A stretch of 64,000 nucleotides of DNA from Antedon mediterranea (taxonomy: Eukaryota > Animalia > Echinodermata): contig NC_092675.1 of NCBI RefSeq assembly GCF_964355755.1, positions 30,414,912-30,478,911 on the forward strand. Reading direction: 5' to 3'. The notes under the pieces were generated by a model. That model did no database searches. It worked only from the letters and a program-made list of their open reading frames with translations, and was not told the DNA's origin. Position 1 is the first letter of the stretch, and every line of letters starts with the position of its first letter. Both the position numbers and the translations under genes were made by a program. Of this stretch, positions 38,701 to 52,700 are shown piece after piece.

Positions 38701-41700
38701 GTCTAAAACATAGAATTTAATTGATACAATTAGTAATTTGTTTAATTTATGCTCAACGTAATATCCTTTGATACAATTGTATTTGTTTTTTTTTTCCTTA
38801 TCAAAAGCTCCTGATAAAGCGCCTGAGATAATGACAATGGTTGATCAAGAGCCGTATTCTTTAACTATATCGTGGTGGGAGATTCCGTGTGGTAGTCGTA
38901 ATGGTGACATGATATATGAATATTCATTGAAAGATAAGAATAATGTTATTATACAAGAAGCAAGTACAAAGTCTAACACAGTGAATTTAGATGAAGATAT
39001 AAAGCCATGTAATGAATATACTTTTGAAGTTAATGGAAAGAACGAAAATCTAGAAAAAGGACCAAAAACATCTGAACATATTCAAAGTGGCACTGAACGT
39101 AAGTGAATAATCGATCATGTTGTAATTATCTTCTATGTTAATATACTGTATAACACAATTATGTTATACAAATATATTATTTGTTTTAAAAATAGTATAT
39201 CTTTTTAGATAATGGTAGAAAGCCTATTACACACCATACTATTACTTTTCTAGCTCCGGGAGATCCTGAAAATATCAAAGTAACTCCCGGAAAGGATACA
39301 GTTGAAGTTGAATGGGAAGCTCCAACCAGTAATGATTGTACAGTAGATAATTATACAGTGACACTGACGTCATCAGGAGGTGGTAAAATTAGCAAAACCG
39401 TTAGTGGATCAGTAACGAGTACGACGTTTAAGAGTGATGATGGTATCAAGCCAAACACAGAGTATACAGTTGAGGTCAGTTATTATTATAAATGATAAAA
39501 AAGATAATTGGTAATACTATAAAATCTAAAACCTTAACAGTTGTCTCGATGTCCCACATCAGAATTTTCACCAATTTACATTAATTCATATTTGTATACG
39601 CTTTAAGACATTAACAATTGATAATAGACTGATTTCCTCTTCTTGTTTTGTGTTATGTAGGTAGTAGCGAGTAATTCTGCTGGTTCTGGCAATAATTCCC
39701 CAGAAAAAGAAACGATTAAAACCGATCCTAGAGGTACAATTTAATTTTTATATTCAAATGCTTTCATACTCACTACCTTGCATGCAATATACAACAATAA
39801 AGCTCACACAGAACCAAATACTTAAACTTATTACAAGTATGTTTAAACAAATGTGAACTTTAAAGTTACGTTACTTGTAATATTGTTTCATTCTGTTTTT
39901 TGTTTTGTTTTGTATACCGCACGGAAATGGAATTAAATGCGTTTAAATAAGTGAGCTTATAAAAGGTTGTCTTGAACTGGACAATTACAATTGTATACCT
40001 TTACAGAATATTTAGTGACCATATGTTTACTGTAATGTAGTCAATATAAATGTTGTTAACGTAAGATTCATCAATGTGTATATCATTTATTTCAGCTGGA
40101 TTGATTGCTGGACTCACTATTCCATTTGGTATTCTACTCTTTGTGTTGATTGTTTTTCTTGTGGTACTAAAGAAACGGTAAAAATCATCTAAATAATACG
40201 CGTTTCTAGGCTACATATCAGAACACTAGACACACAGTTTAGTCATATGAAACATCATCAAACTTATTATAATAAACATCTTAGATATTTTTCAGGAACT
40301 TACAGTAGTTCTTTTTCTAAATATATATTCAATTAATCAATAAAAAATCTATTAGTAATAATATATTTTTTTAAACATATTATAATAACAATAATATAAG
40401 TACAGAGAATATTTACAATTTAGCCAATAATGATAAAATATAACAATAACTATTATAAATAAATTATATTAAACAAGTAAAGTAATAAGCGAATTACATT
40501 ATATTTGTATATTTGTTATATTTTAACTAGATTCTCAGATGAGAAGTAATACTTCGTCTTTGATATTTTGACCTCTCTGTCTATTTTAGGCAATCTAAAG
40601 ACAATGATCAAGGAGTTGGTGGGATAGAAAATCCGAACCCCAGCCACCCTATGGGTAAGTTAAATTAAGCTAATTAAGTCAACTTAACATTTTGACAACG
40701 ATTTTCACCAAATAGAAATTTCGTTTTGGATATTGTCTGTATCGTTTAGAAAGAAAATTATTACAGGCCAATTGAATTCCAATGAAAATATTCGTACTAA
40801 ATCATTCTTTTATAATAATTTTATACAAATTTCAAATATGCATGATGATAATGATCTCCATGCATTTAAGCAAAAAGAAAGAAAACTGTATAGCAGTACT
40901 ATTATAAAGGTTATGGTACAATAATGTAATAATCAAGGCCATCTACATGGCTGCAGTCGCGTGCGCAAGTTTGAGTTTGTGTCTACGGACCGACCGACCA
41001 ACCGACCGACATAGTGAGCTAAAATGAATACGGTATAACATTTCCGTTTTTGTTGATAATTAATTATTACTTTAGTTGATTGATTCATATTTAGATCACA
41101 TTATACCGGGACATGTTTCGCCAAGACCTACTCCAAAATCAACTTCCTACCAATATGTACGTCTGCGCGACCTTCAGAATTACGTCCGGAAAAGACAAGG
41201 CCATGAAACAGAAACTTTTAAAAAGGAGTTTAGTGTGAGTTTATATATACTTTTTAATTTACAAACAAATACCATAAAAATAGGTAATAACAATCACGAT
41301 CAAGTTTGTTTTCTAACTCATATACCCTATTTATCATTATTGGCTAAGAATACTGAGATTTAACACGTTCTGCCAATTGAACGCACTTAACAACATCTTG
41401 GTACATTGGTCATATTATGTTTGGCGCTTTCCTCGTTGTAGGCCTACTTAATAAAGTGCATATTGAGAATGCCACTGATTATCAGTGTAACCCTAACCCT
41501 AACCCTTCATATTATTAGCGTTTATACGCCGATGGTTAGGGTTGGTACTGATTCGGCAGGTACTGCAACGGCAAAAACATTCAGTTCACTGTACATCAAA
41601 CATAAACCAATCCACAACATAAATGCATTGTATTTTTTATTTAGGACATTGGATGCAGCATGTTACATCCTTGTATCGAGGCTAAGAAATCCATTAACAG

Positions 41701-44700
41701 GATTAAGAATAGATATGCCAACATTTTAACATGTAAGTTCTGGTGATGTTACTACTATGTCAATATATTTATTTATAAAATATATATATATAAATAAAAA
41801 GCTTCATAGTATTTATTTATACCGTTATGGTTGTTGCTATAAGTGGTATATAGTAAAAAATGTGTTTTTAACATTTATAATTATGTTAACATTATTTTCT
41901 AGATGACCACTCACGTGTGGTTCTTAAGGAAACCGATGACGATGAATCTGATTATATTAACGCTTCATATATCAAGGTACAATTTAGAAAACTGCACACT
42001 CTCAACGTACAATAATATACAATTTATAAATGATAAAGACACACAAATATATAACTTATTACTATATTCCAAGCTTTTATCACCTCTAAATATATGTACA
42101 TAGGCCTAAGGAAAATGTGGATTAAAAACGGTCTGTACGCGAAGAAGGTGCTTTTATACTAAATAGTATTGATTTATTTCATATGCATACCGTTAAATGT
42201 ATCATCATTAATAAGCAAAGTTTATGTTATTTCATTTTTATCTTAAAGTTCAATGGCAATTCTAAAGCGTACATTGCATCTCAAGGTATTTAATTATATT
42301 ATTTTTCACCTGTTATACTACTAGGAATGTTTGTATAAAAGATGTTTAGTACTACAATGGTCATACAACTATTACTGTATATTATGTCTAGGTCCAAATG
42401 AAGCAAGTTTAAACGATATTTGGAGAATGGTTTGGAAAGAAAACAGCAGTATTATTATTATGGTTACAAATCTAGTTGAAAAAAATAAGGTGGGAAATTG
42501 AATATTATTTGACATCTTGCATTTTAAAACGACATGAAACGATATAATAATAAGTTAATATTAAAAACATCACTATCAGAATCATCCGCATTATGCTCGG
42601 AATTATAAACGTACATTACATTGTTATCGAATCTTTTTTTCCAATCGGGCACATTATTATTTCCATGGTACAGTTTGAAGACCATAACGGATTACGTATA
42701 CAATCAGAATCGCTTATTATTTTAGCACAATCCAACGATTATATTATTATAGATTAAATGTAAACAATATTGGCCAGATGTTGGTGAAGCAGTAGCGTAT
42801 GGACGTCTTACTGTTACAAATGTTGACGAAAAGATCACTTCATATTTCACTATTAGAAAATTTGAAATTAAAATGGTAAGTTAAGAAAATAATACAATTA
42901 TTATTATGTAAATGGGGTGAAACAGTAATTTTATTTTAATTTTAGTATTTTTTAAAGTGTTATTTATAATTTTAAAAACCTTACAGTAAAGAAAGCACAT
43001 AATTAATTAATTTATATGTTAGATATTTTCACAGGAATACTATACTACATAATATTTCGGATGATTTTGTTTTTGTTTTTTCTATTTATGGTTCAGTAAA
43101 TAAGGTTTTCTTTTTCTTTAATTTAGGAAGGCCATTCAGAAACACGTTCTGTGCTTCAATACCATTTCACTGCATGGCCTGACATGGATGTTCCTGCCTC
43201 CCCAGCACCATTACTTGAGTTTGTCTACCAAATTAAAGAGGTTAAGAGGTCTCTTCCAGCCGACACTGGCCCAGCAATTGTTCATTGCAGGTAAACAAGT
43301 TTTTTCAACGTATTCTGTTTATAGCCTACGTCAAAGATTCTGTATGGTAAATGCATAAAATGGCATAATGTATGATTTATTTACTAGGTAGTGAATAATA
43401 ATAATATTTAAGATACGTTAAACTTTATGAGAAAATAAATTGACGAATCAAAATAGGAAAACCTTACTAAAGATTTTGTTTGAATAGTAGAAAGAAATAC
43501 TACGTATGGCAAAAAAAAGGATGATTCATTGGTTTTTTTAAAGAAGTTTAATTTTGTTTCTAAAAGAATAATAAGAATTTTGATGCTTTTTTTGCAATAA
43601 AAAACCTACTTATATTTATATGTTTATATAAGCAGTATACTGTAATGTGTATTTGTCATTTTTAAGTGCTGGCGTTGGACGGACTGGTACAGTAATAACC
43701 ATTGATGCTATGTTGGACATGGCTGAAGAAAAGGATAAAATCGATGTATACAACTTTGTGAAAGAAATGAGAGAAAACAGATTTAATATGGTACAAACAC
43801 AGGTAATAATTTGACGCATTCGTTATTAGTAAAATTGCCAAGTTTCACATTTAAAAAAAAATTGGAATTACTCATGGTTAGATAAATAACAAGATTTGAC
43901 AGACTTTAAGTTTGAAGTAAGCAACTTAGAACGGTCTAAATAAGATTGCAAAATAAATGATAATGTTAGATTGGACTATCTTTATCTATCACTGTAGTTA
44001 AAGCAATATCATTGGAGTATGTGAAAGTAAAGCAAAGCTTAATGTTACTTTTAGTTAAACTTAGTGTCAACATTATTTAGCCATGGAAGCCCGAACCAAC
44101 ACAAGGTTGTTCTTCTCGGAGTCGTACACTCGTATTACAATCATGAAATACTAAGACGAAATGGAAACCTACAATAATATTAATACAATAATTGCAACAC
44201 ATAAAACAAATTTAAATCGTATTTAAATTGTATTTATTTCTCAGGGGCAATATATGTTTATATACGAGACTCTTCTGCAAAGTCTGTTTTGTGAGTCGAC
44301 TCATATAACGACAGAAGCTTTTACAGCGTCGTTTAGAAAGTTAAAAGAAACCAACAGTCGACACGGAACGAAATTTATACACGAACAGTACAATGTAAGT
44401 GAAGCACACTTTATAAATGTCAATTTAGATAAACGTGAAAGTACATTTAACCTTATTATTCCTTGAGAAATGTCCTCAATTTACGTTTTTCTATTGGTTT
44501 ATACAGGTTCTGATGGCGCTATTGCCACTTCCGTTGTCTGATAAAACAAGAGCAGGAAAAGATCCTGCAAACGTTGACAAAAATAGATATCCAAGTATAA
44601 TACCAAGTAAGGCTTCAAATGTATCGTAAATAGTATCATTAGTATCATCTTCATAAAAATCAACGCATTGTTGTGTTCAAAGATAAGCTAATAATGATTA

Positions 44701-47633
44701 CGATAATGCCAGGTTAAGATTTAAGTATGACAACTGGGGTAATGGTAACAATTAATAATGGTTGGCAGTATGTGGATTGATGATCGTAGTAGGCTTAATG
44801 ACAGATGGCGTTAACTGTGATCGTGAGAATGATGGTGTAGTGTTGACTGGTGGTGATAGTGGTGATAGAGATGATAGGCCTAGTTAGGGAACGTCCGTGA
44901 TATACATTATACTGACCTGTTAATTTGGTTACATTTCAGTCGACAGAGCAAGACCATTCCTAATGACTAAAGATGGAGATCGAAACAATTATATCAATGC
45001 ATCTTTTTGTAAGGTAAGTATAGTGTCCATGATGTCTTCTTCTGCTAAACTGCTGAACTACAATGCGTCACTCGTAGTGTATATTGTCTCATTTAAATAC
45101 CTTTTATATCTAATATATTCTTAAATTAATATCCTTAATATCTAAAGAAATGTTTTAAAGTAGGCCTAAAATTTAATTATTATTATGTAGGGCTATGGAC
45201 AACGAGAAGATAAGTACGTAGTGACGCAAGCACCGATGCCAAACACGGTGTCAGACTTTTGGAGATTGATCTATGATTATAGTTTGTATATCATTGTGAT
45301 GTTGAATGACGAAAATGCCAAGGATGAGGTAATATATATTCATATCCGCCCCCCCCCACCCCCCAACTTAAAGATGCCAAGGATGAGGTAACATATCTTA
45401 TTCATAACTAGAAAAATCAAACTACAACCCAAAAAATGTATGTATAATATTGTAGGTTGTTATGTTAAGCTTGGTTCCCACTAGAACGCAACGCAAGGAC
45501 GTAAGCCGTAACGCAAGCGAATTGACCAATCACAAGGAACGGTTCGAATAATCCATCGCTTGGATCGGTCAATTCGCTTGCGTTGCGGCTTACGTCCTTG
45601 CGTTGCGTTCTAGTGGGAACCAAGCTTTACTAGGATGGACCACCCTGGTCAGTGATAAATGCTTCACCAAAACTGTTTAAATGAAAAGGTTATAATATCC
45701 GTGTATTGTAATCCACACCCGTTGTTTGTATGCTTGTCGGTCACTAACTTACTAATTTAATTTGTAGTCTATTGGTACATACATTCCACTTGAACTTAAT
45801 GTTCAAACAAAAATGGGTCCCTTTCTTGTTGAACTTGCTGCAATTGAAGATTACGGTTGTGCTATCAAACGAACATTGCAGTTATCAAAAGTAAGTAGGC
45901 ATAATTCTTTTATATGTATATTTGAATATGTTATAGCTCCTATATCAGGGGGATTATCACCTATCGGATACAGTGATTAATTTACTATTGATAATCTTTG
46001 GTCACATGGGTTTAAATCAAAATGTTCGTTAAAAATGATTCCTTTATTTTCAGTTCATGATGTAGGATGTTTCATGAGGCATGGCATTCCACAACTTTTG
46101 TTAGTCAAGTTAATGTAATTGCTTACTAGTTGGAGTCTAGCAGACGTAATTGCATACTAGTTAGAGTCTAGCAGACGTAGTTGCATACTGGTTGGAGTCT
46201 ACCAAACAATTGCTAAACTATTAGTGTGAAAACTCATCTGTGTTGGTGTATAAGTAGAAATCAACATTGTTATTGTGTTGTGATCATTAAAAATATATAT
46301 ATTTTTTTTTTCAAGGAGAATGAAAATCCCCGTGAAATACATCAATTTCAATATCGTGATTGGCCAAATGGTTCGGCGAAGCCTGCTTCGGCCGATTCTT
46401 TCTTTCAACTACGATCAGAAGTCGATAAATCTAAACGAGCAACTCAACAGAACATTGTTGCAGTACACTGTCTGTATGTATAACATAACTTTTGATTATA
46501 CATCAACAGTTTGTTTCCAGATTTTTATTATAACGAGTATTAAGTACATTAAATTACCTTGACGATTAAAAATCCTATCGCGAAAAGTACAATAGCTTAT
46601 TGTTCTTTGTTCACCCACAGAGATGGCAGGAGTCGATGTGGATACTTCTGCGCAGTAGACTCGATCATTCAGATGATTAATGAAGAAGCCATCGTTGACG
46701 TCTTTCAAAATGTCAAACGGATTAAAAGTACTTGTCCGTCTTTGATAAAGACTAAGGTAAATAAAAAGAATTGAACTTTTAAATCAAACCAACAAACACC
46801 ATAATAATTTAGTGGTTCAAAGATAATTATTTGAACTGGTAAAATATGATGATGATTAGTATGGTTATTTGTAAAATGACGACTGAGATACGACATTGAT
46901 TGAATGAATGATGATAGTAATTTATACCGGCACCTCTTTTGCCATGCCTTCAAACTATAGACCGGCTAAACTGCGCTTGTCTGTTTCCTCTATCTTCATC
47001 GGATCCACACGCGCGACACACTAAACTATCTTTGGCCGGCCTAGCCTGCGATGGTTAACTTTTGTTCATGGAGCTAACTTGGAGGGTTTAGTAATTTTAG
47101 CGGTTAGTTAAAATATGATGAATGAATATTTCGAAGCGACAAATTACCAAATGCATGCCTTTTTGTTGATGTTTACTTATTCGCAGCGAAACTATTTACT
47201 TGTCCTACTTCAACCAAGTCCATAGGTCCATAACTATATTATCTCTCGACTTCGCCTCGAGATATAGTATAGTCTCCAGTCACCTTGGGCTATAATATTA
47301 TCCCACGACTTTGCCTCTTGATATAGTATAGTCTCCAGTCACCTTGGGCTATATTTTTAACCATGCCCCTCAGCCCAGTAAATATTACTACTGTATTATG
47401 ATAGTATATGCAGTGGCACAGTGTGATGACGTGGTAAAATGATGATACTGATACCTTTGTTTTAGGAGTTGTTATGACATCGAATTATTTAAATTAAGTT
47501 TATTGTTTTATTAAATTTATGAACTGCATAACTGTTACATCTGCATTTTAATTCACAGGAACAATACACATTATGCTACGAGACGGCACAGTGTTATCTG
47601 GATTCATTCGACATCTACGGAAATTTTAAATAA
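24107..47633 (+). CDS. Gene B: multi-exon receptor-type protein tyrosine phosphatase, catalytically intact D1; [N-Ig-like, Ig, 4 EGF exons], FN3, [N-Ig-like, Ig, 4 EGF exons], 7 FN3, TM, PTP D1, PTP D2 (first exon uncertain)
   Basis: Module 1: 24107-24490, 25008-25247, 25790-25921, 26236-26376, 26508-26642, 27060-27206; FN3 30613-30936; module 2: 31209-31595, 31999-32238, 32344-32475, 32810-32950, 33282-33419, 33965-34111; FN3 34499-34804, 35084-35151+35280-35508, 35968-36267, 37402-37689, 38294-38596, 38808-39098, 39254-39474+39661-39733; TM 40096-40177; D1 KNRYANI (41645-41732), DYINAS (41903-41976), YIASQGP, IWRMVW, KCKQYWP, WPD (43127-43290), VHCS|AGVGRTG and MVQTQ (43667-43802); D2 KNRYPSI, FWRLIYD, WPNG, VHCLDGRSRCG; last exon 47559-47633 ends FDIYGNFK*. 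Confidence 0.92.
25320..25515. repeat. Dispersed ~195-bp repeat matching the 3' region of the L2-like element at 52634-52832
   Basis: Near-identical AAAATGCAATTTCTTTGGAGGGTCCCCATCCG...ACAATTCTAAGTCTA at both loci. Confidence 0.8.
27339..30170 (-). mobile_element. Rex1/Babar-like non-LTR retrotransposon (APE endonuclease + RT), frameshifted, in a gene B intron
   Basis: KMDELR...[25 protein letters not shown] (APE); [31 protein letters not shown] (RT); frame break near 28380-28500; (TCTTGAA)n 3' tail at 27339-27358. Confidence 0.9.
36293..36820. mobile_element. Penelope-like fragment with ~170-bp inverted terminal repeats in a gene B intron
   Basis: 36293-36462 is the reverse complement of ~36647-36820. 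The centre encodes on the minus strand [13 protein letters not shown] then, after a poly-G frameshift, [10 protein letters not shown], the C-terminus typical of GIY-YIG endonucleases. Each arm has a hammerhead-like motif. Confidence 0.75.
36828..37232 (-). mobile_element. 3' end of a CR1/L2-group LINE
   Basis: Minus strand [22 protein letters not shown]...KKYLISLY*, then 3' UTR, AATAAA and TTGAAC-type tail repeats. Confidence 0.65.
45468..45626. mobile_element. PIF/Harbinger (Tourist-like) MITE, near-perfect palindrome
   Basis: ~60-bp arms starting AGCTTGGTTCCCACTAGAACGCAACGCAAGGACGTAAGCCG; TTA target-site duplication. Confidence 0.85.
46125..46203. repeat. 30-bp tandem repeat, about 2.5 copies
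   Basis: TACTAGTTGGAGTCTAGCAGACGTAATTGCA-like unit repeated. Confidence 0.75.
47234..47354. repeat. ~59-bp tandem duplication
   Basis: ...CGACTT.GCCTC..GATATAGTATAGTCTCCAGTCACCTTGGGCTATA occurs twice. Confidence 0.75.
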
Positions 47634-48699
47634 AATATGGAAATTATAGGCCTATAGATATAATATGTTTTATAAAAAAGAGAGTTTATTATTATAATTT
47701 TTATCGATTTTACTGTTTTACTATATTTTACTACGTTTATATTTGATGAAAGATAGTGTTTTGTGATAAGTTGCTATTTTTGTATTTGTTTGTATTTCTC
47801 GTATCAATTATTTCTTTTATGGTAAATGCACTGAAAACGGTGAAATGAAACCCTTTTTAAAAAAGTTTAAGATGTATCTGGATTGTAATGGTAAACAAAT
47901 AATTTATAAATTTGCCATAAGTCACAAAATACAAAAAAGATGACATATTTTGTTTCATATATTATTTTAGTAAATGTCGTACCAAATAGATAGCGTCAAT
48001 CCATATCAAGAAAACAACCGTAGTTTAAAGTTTCATCAATACCTACAGTAAAACATTCAAACTAAAAACTGGATTAAATCTTAGCAAACATTTAATTTAA
48101 AGTAATAGTTCATTGTTCTTCAATTCAGAGGTCTACTTTACTTATGTATATGTTTTGGGGTGTTTTTTGTTTTGTTTTTTTTTTTTTGCAAACCTGTGTA
48201 TAGGCTAGTGCGAGTTAGGAAAATAATTACGCATCATAATTTTTTTTTTGGAAAACATTATAAGTTAATCCATGACCATTTTGTGATAAATTAATTCCAT
48301 TAGTATTGCTTATTTGAAATAAATTGTATAGAAACTGCAATGTCATTTATCGTTGAAATAAATGGCATCATATTATTGAGTAAAATCTGTTCCACTTAAC
48401 GTGTCGTTTCTAAATAAATTTAGACAAAAAGTAAGACTCTAAGTAATTTAATTGCTTGGTGGTTTTACTATACTTTTGAATGTTCCTGTATTGTATTTCT
48501 TGTGTAAATTGCCTCCTTTTTTATATATAATTATCATTGGTTTTATACTTTTATACACATTTTAATATTGAGAAAATGTAAATATCTTTGTAATTCAGCT
48601 AAGGCTGCGATGATGATATTGAAATAAATGAAATGAAATGAAAAAAAAAAAGTGGTTGGTTTTATTCATAAATATTAGTAAAATTAAAACAAAACTACA

Positions 48700-48850
48700 C
48701 TGTGTTGGTTCAAATCTGACACTCCTCGCAAGACACTGACGTTTGCCTCTCTCCACCCAGGTGTATAAATGGGTATTTTGTTTCGTCAATACCCAACTTT
48801 GCGCTTAGCTGCATATAGTATGTTTCCATATATGTTTGATCCAAAAATCC
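48700..48850 (+). mobile_element. Degenerate Deu-domain-like SINE
   Basis: GGTTCAAATC, TTGCCTCTCTCCACCCAGGTGTATAAATGGGTA, CAACTTTGCGCT; homologous to 9558-9865. Confidence 0.55.
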
Positions 48851-49759
48851 CCAACAAGCGGTTAAATTTGAAAAAGAAAAAATCTAAAACTACTCGTACT
48901 ACCTGTACATTAAATCAAATTATGTTTTGAAATTACAAAATCAAATATGATAACTCTTTTGTCCTTTTGTACAAAAATTAAGTTTTTTCGGACAAGTAGT
49001 TATCGAAAAATGCTTCATATCGCCGGCTTTTGAAAATCGTCTCCTATCTTTTAACGCAGGTCATCTGCATACTTACAAATGTTCTATAGCATATTATTTG
49101 TTCCTAATTTTCTGAAATTATAACGCTGGTGTTCCTAAAATTGAGGGTGCTAAAAAACATTTACGAGATCGAAGCAGGTTGTGCAACCACGGAAAAAAAT
49201 GTTAAGGCCCTGTCACAGCCTTGGGGTCGTTTTCACGACAACAGATGCATTGATGTTGTCGCCTCATGTAATGATGTGGTGGAAAAGGAGAGGTATACAA
49301 AATGATTTTTTGACGTGAAATAGTTTATTTATCATCACCGATGTCTTAAAACAACTCTTTAGCATTACATAAGATATGGTATATTACTGTTGTTATTTGG
49401 GTACAACTACTGTTAGGTAAGTACTGGATTTAAGTTACATTAAATCAATACATATTATTACGAAAACATAAATAATACTTAAATTAACACGTCAACAGTT
49501 TTCTTTGAGTTTAAAAATTAATACTTTTATTTTAACAATAGTAATATCTTAACTACACATATTCGAGAATTGGTATTAGGATATAACTACTGATAGATTA
49601 AGTTAAGCTGGATTAAAGTTATTGTCTTTAATAACCATAAATAGTATAAAAGCAGGACAGAACACGTCAGCAGTTTCTTCGTATTTACAGATTTATGATT
49701 TCATAAATGTCACACATGAAGCGTCGGCGCAAATATTAAAACACGTCAGCAGTTTGTAT

Positions 49760-52700
49760 TTACAGATTTATGCTTTCATAAATGTCACATGAATCGTCGG
49801 CGCAAATATTTGCAATTTCATAACACAACTTGTAATGATTCTGAGGGAAATAAAGAAGAACAATTGTACATAAAAAAATGATGAAAAGAAAATATTATGT
49901 TTTTACTCATGTGTAATGTAGTGTCTAATATTAGCTTTATATGAAGTGATCATTAATTTAATTTCAGTTATCTCCTTCAACAAAAAATAGACTGAGCCCA
50001 ACGTGTCCAAATTATATTTACTTAATTATGAATAAAGTAATAACTTGTGAAATCTGCAAAAATCTTTAAACGTTACCTCTGTGTCAAGCAGCGATGAAGA
50101 AACGCGTTTGATACGTTTCACTGTGTGGTAGACATCAACCAACGCGTTTGCATTCATCTTACGAACGATTATGTCCACTGCACAGAAAAATCCACTTCGG
50201 CTCTCGTCCCTAGAGTAACAAGATCAATAAAAATATTGTTGTGGCGATGGTTTAATAATTAGTAAAATCGTTGAAGAACATGTTAATATTCTGTTTGTTT
50301 ATACAACATTAAAATCTTTTTCTGAATTATGGGATGGGTATTTGTGCAGTTTCGTCAGTGTTTTTCCTATGTTATCTTACGTTCAAGTTATATTGGTCAT
50401 ACATTCAAATAATTAACGATATGATGCGCATAGGCACCGTAAGTGGGCCTATAGACTCTACACCCATATTTCCTCAAAATATAATCTGCCCTAGTAAGTG
50501 TTTACCATATTTACCAATAATTTAGTTTAACTTCAGTCCATAACAAATTTAGACGTCTTTAGACATTGTCCATTTCCCTCTATTCAAGTTTGGTAAGATC
50601 GTTTATGTATGACGTATATGCAGATTGGAGTAATACTTACAAACTACAAACTGTAACATAGTCATCTCGGTTATTAGTTCGTTGAACTTCTCTGACATCG
50701 TCACAGAATTGTTTAAAGTATCCAAGATATGAAGGTTTCTGTGATTCTTTAGGCCAGTCCAGAAATGTCAGGTGACATATCTCACGTGGAATTTCCTTGC
50801 CCTAATAATAAATAAATCCCAGTAAAACCTGTGTATTTACGGAAATCTACGAGAGTAGGTAACAGGTGTACGAGCTAACCAAATATAAACTCTTATATTT
50901 TTAAAGTTTTTCTTCTTAATTTTAATTAAGGGTTTAGTTTTGAACCTTCCAAACATGAAAATCTGCTTAGTTGGCAGCTACCTTTTGTTTCTCAATTAGT
51001 GCATATACACTTTGTATTCGCTATTATTCAATTTAATGAATTATCATTTAAAAAAAAATTAGACTATGTTTAATTATTTGGTACAATTTTCACAATAGGC
51101 CTACTTACCTTAGTCAATTTAAGTATTCGTTTTAAAACGCAATCAATCTTCTCAGAGGATAAAACTTCAACTGTGAATTGACCTTTTGTCATCTTACGTT
51201 TAGGAACAAGTGAACCAATTCTCTAAATTAATAAAAACAGTAATCTTAGCATTGACTTATTATCATTCCAACTTGATAAGGTTGTTACTTAAATCGCATT
51301 GAAAAATAAAATCAACCAATTAATGTTAATAATTAAATAATTAATAAACTTTATTTTTGACTCAATAGCAAGTTTATAGTGTTTAATTTACTTTTAAAAT
51401 GTGTGATGCAGCTGATAAATGTACCGATGGGTTTATACATTAGGACCAGTGTACTCTGGAAATGTGTGGAATAAAAATAATGTGTAATCCTTATGTGTGC
51501 ATTATGATCAGTATATTCACTTAAATTGTAAGTGGACAGATTTGAAAAAAAAGATTTGAGACTAATCTAAAAGCATAATGGATGACTAGAGCACTCAATT
51601 ACATTAATACGTTACCTCATCTTCTGCATCTAACATCACCACTGTATATGACTTGTATTTATAAATCATCTCCCAGAAATTATAAAAATCAGTTAGTGTT
51701 GATTCCCGTGGTACAAGATATGACTAAACAAAGAAATATTATAATAATCATTATTATATCATTACGTTGGTAAGAACAGTTTTCACAGTTTTGCAGATCA
51801 TACAACAAAGTTTAAAGATAAACATAGGATATTACAGCATCAATATAATTCCATTTCGGAAATTAGATACAGTTGAATGTATTCGTGTTTACGTTAAAGT
51901 ATCTTACGTTGGTACTTTTAGTATTGGAATATACAACGTCTTCTTCAATATCCATACCAATCAATAGAGGTTCAGAAACCTTAGCTATTAATTAAATAAA
52001 AACAAACATGTGAAACGTTTAAACAAACAAACTAATCAAACTCCTAAAAACGATCCAACGTTAATTTAAATGCATTTTTGATCTAAATTAGTACATATAT
52101 CTCTACAAAAATGTACTTTCATCGCGAAACCAGTCATAACAATAACTTTTGCGACGAAATTACAAAATAGCTGGCGTTGTTGTATTTCAAAAGCAATAGT
52201 ATAAACAAATATTTTCCGAACGCGAACAGATATTTTTTCGTACACGATTTTCGTACACGAAAAAAAGTACTATTAAACGATCGTTTAATAGTGCGAACTA
52301 TTGCACGCCATATGACATACAATCGTCCAATCAAATTTCAGGAATTTATATAGGCGTTATATAAAATGTTAATAAATAATAACGCCATTATACTCTTGAA
52401 ACTGGAGCTAATTTTAGTGGGACTAAAAGAGTGAACACTTACCTCGCAATGTGTAATCATTTTGTGTTTGGATTGATAGAAGAGCTTCAATGTTCTGTTA
52501 AAAACCATCGATAAATATCAAACATGATAATAATAGTAATAATAAGATTTTTATAGCGCACATACCACTCCAGAGTGCTCAAGGCGCATTTAAAAATAAA
52601 AAAGAAATAAATCATACAAATTCCTGACAAATAAAATGCAATTTCTTTGGAGGGTCCCCATCCGTTGTCGTTCTGTCGCGGTCCCGGACCCCTACCTAGG

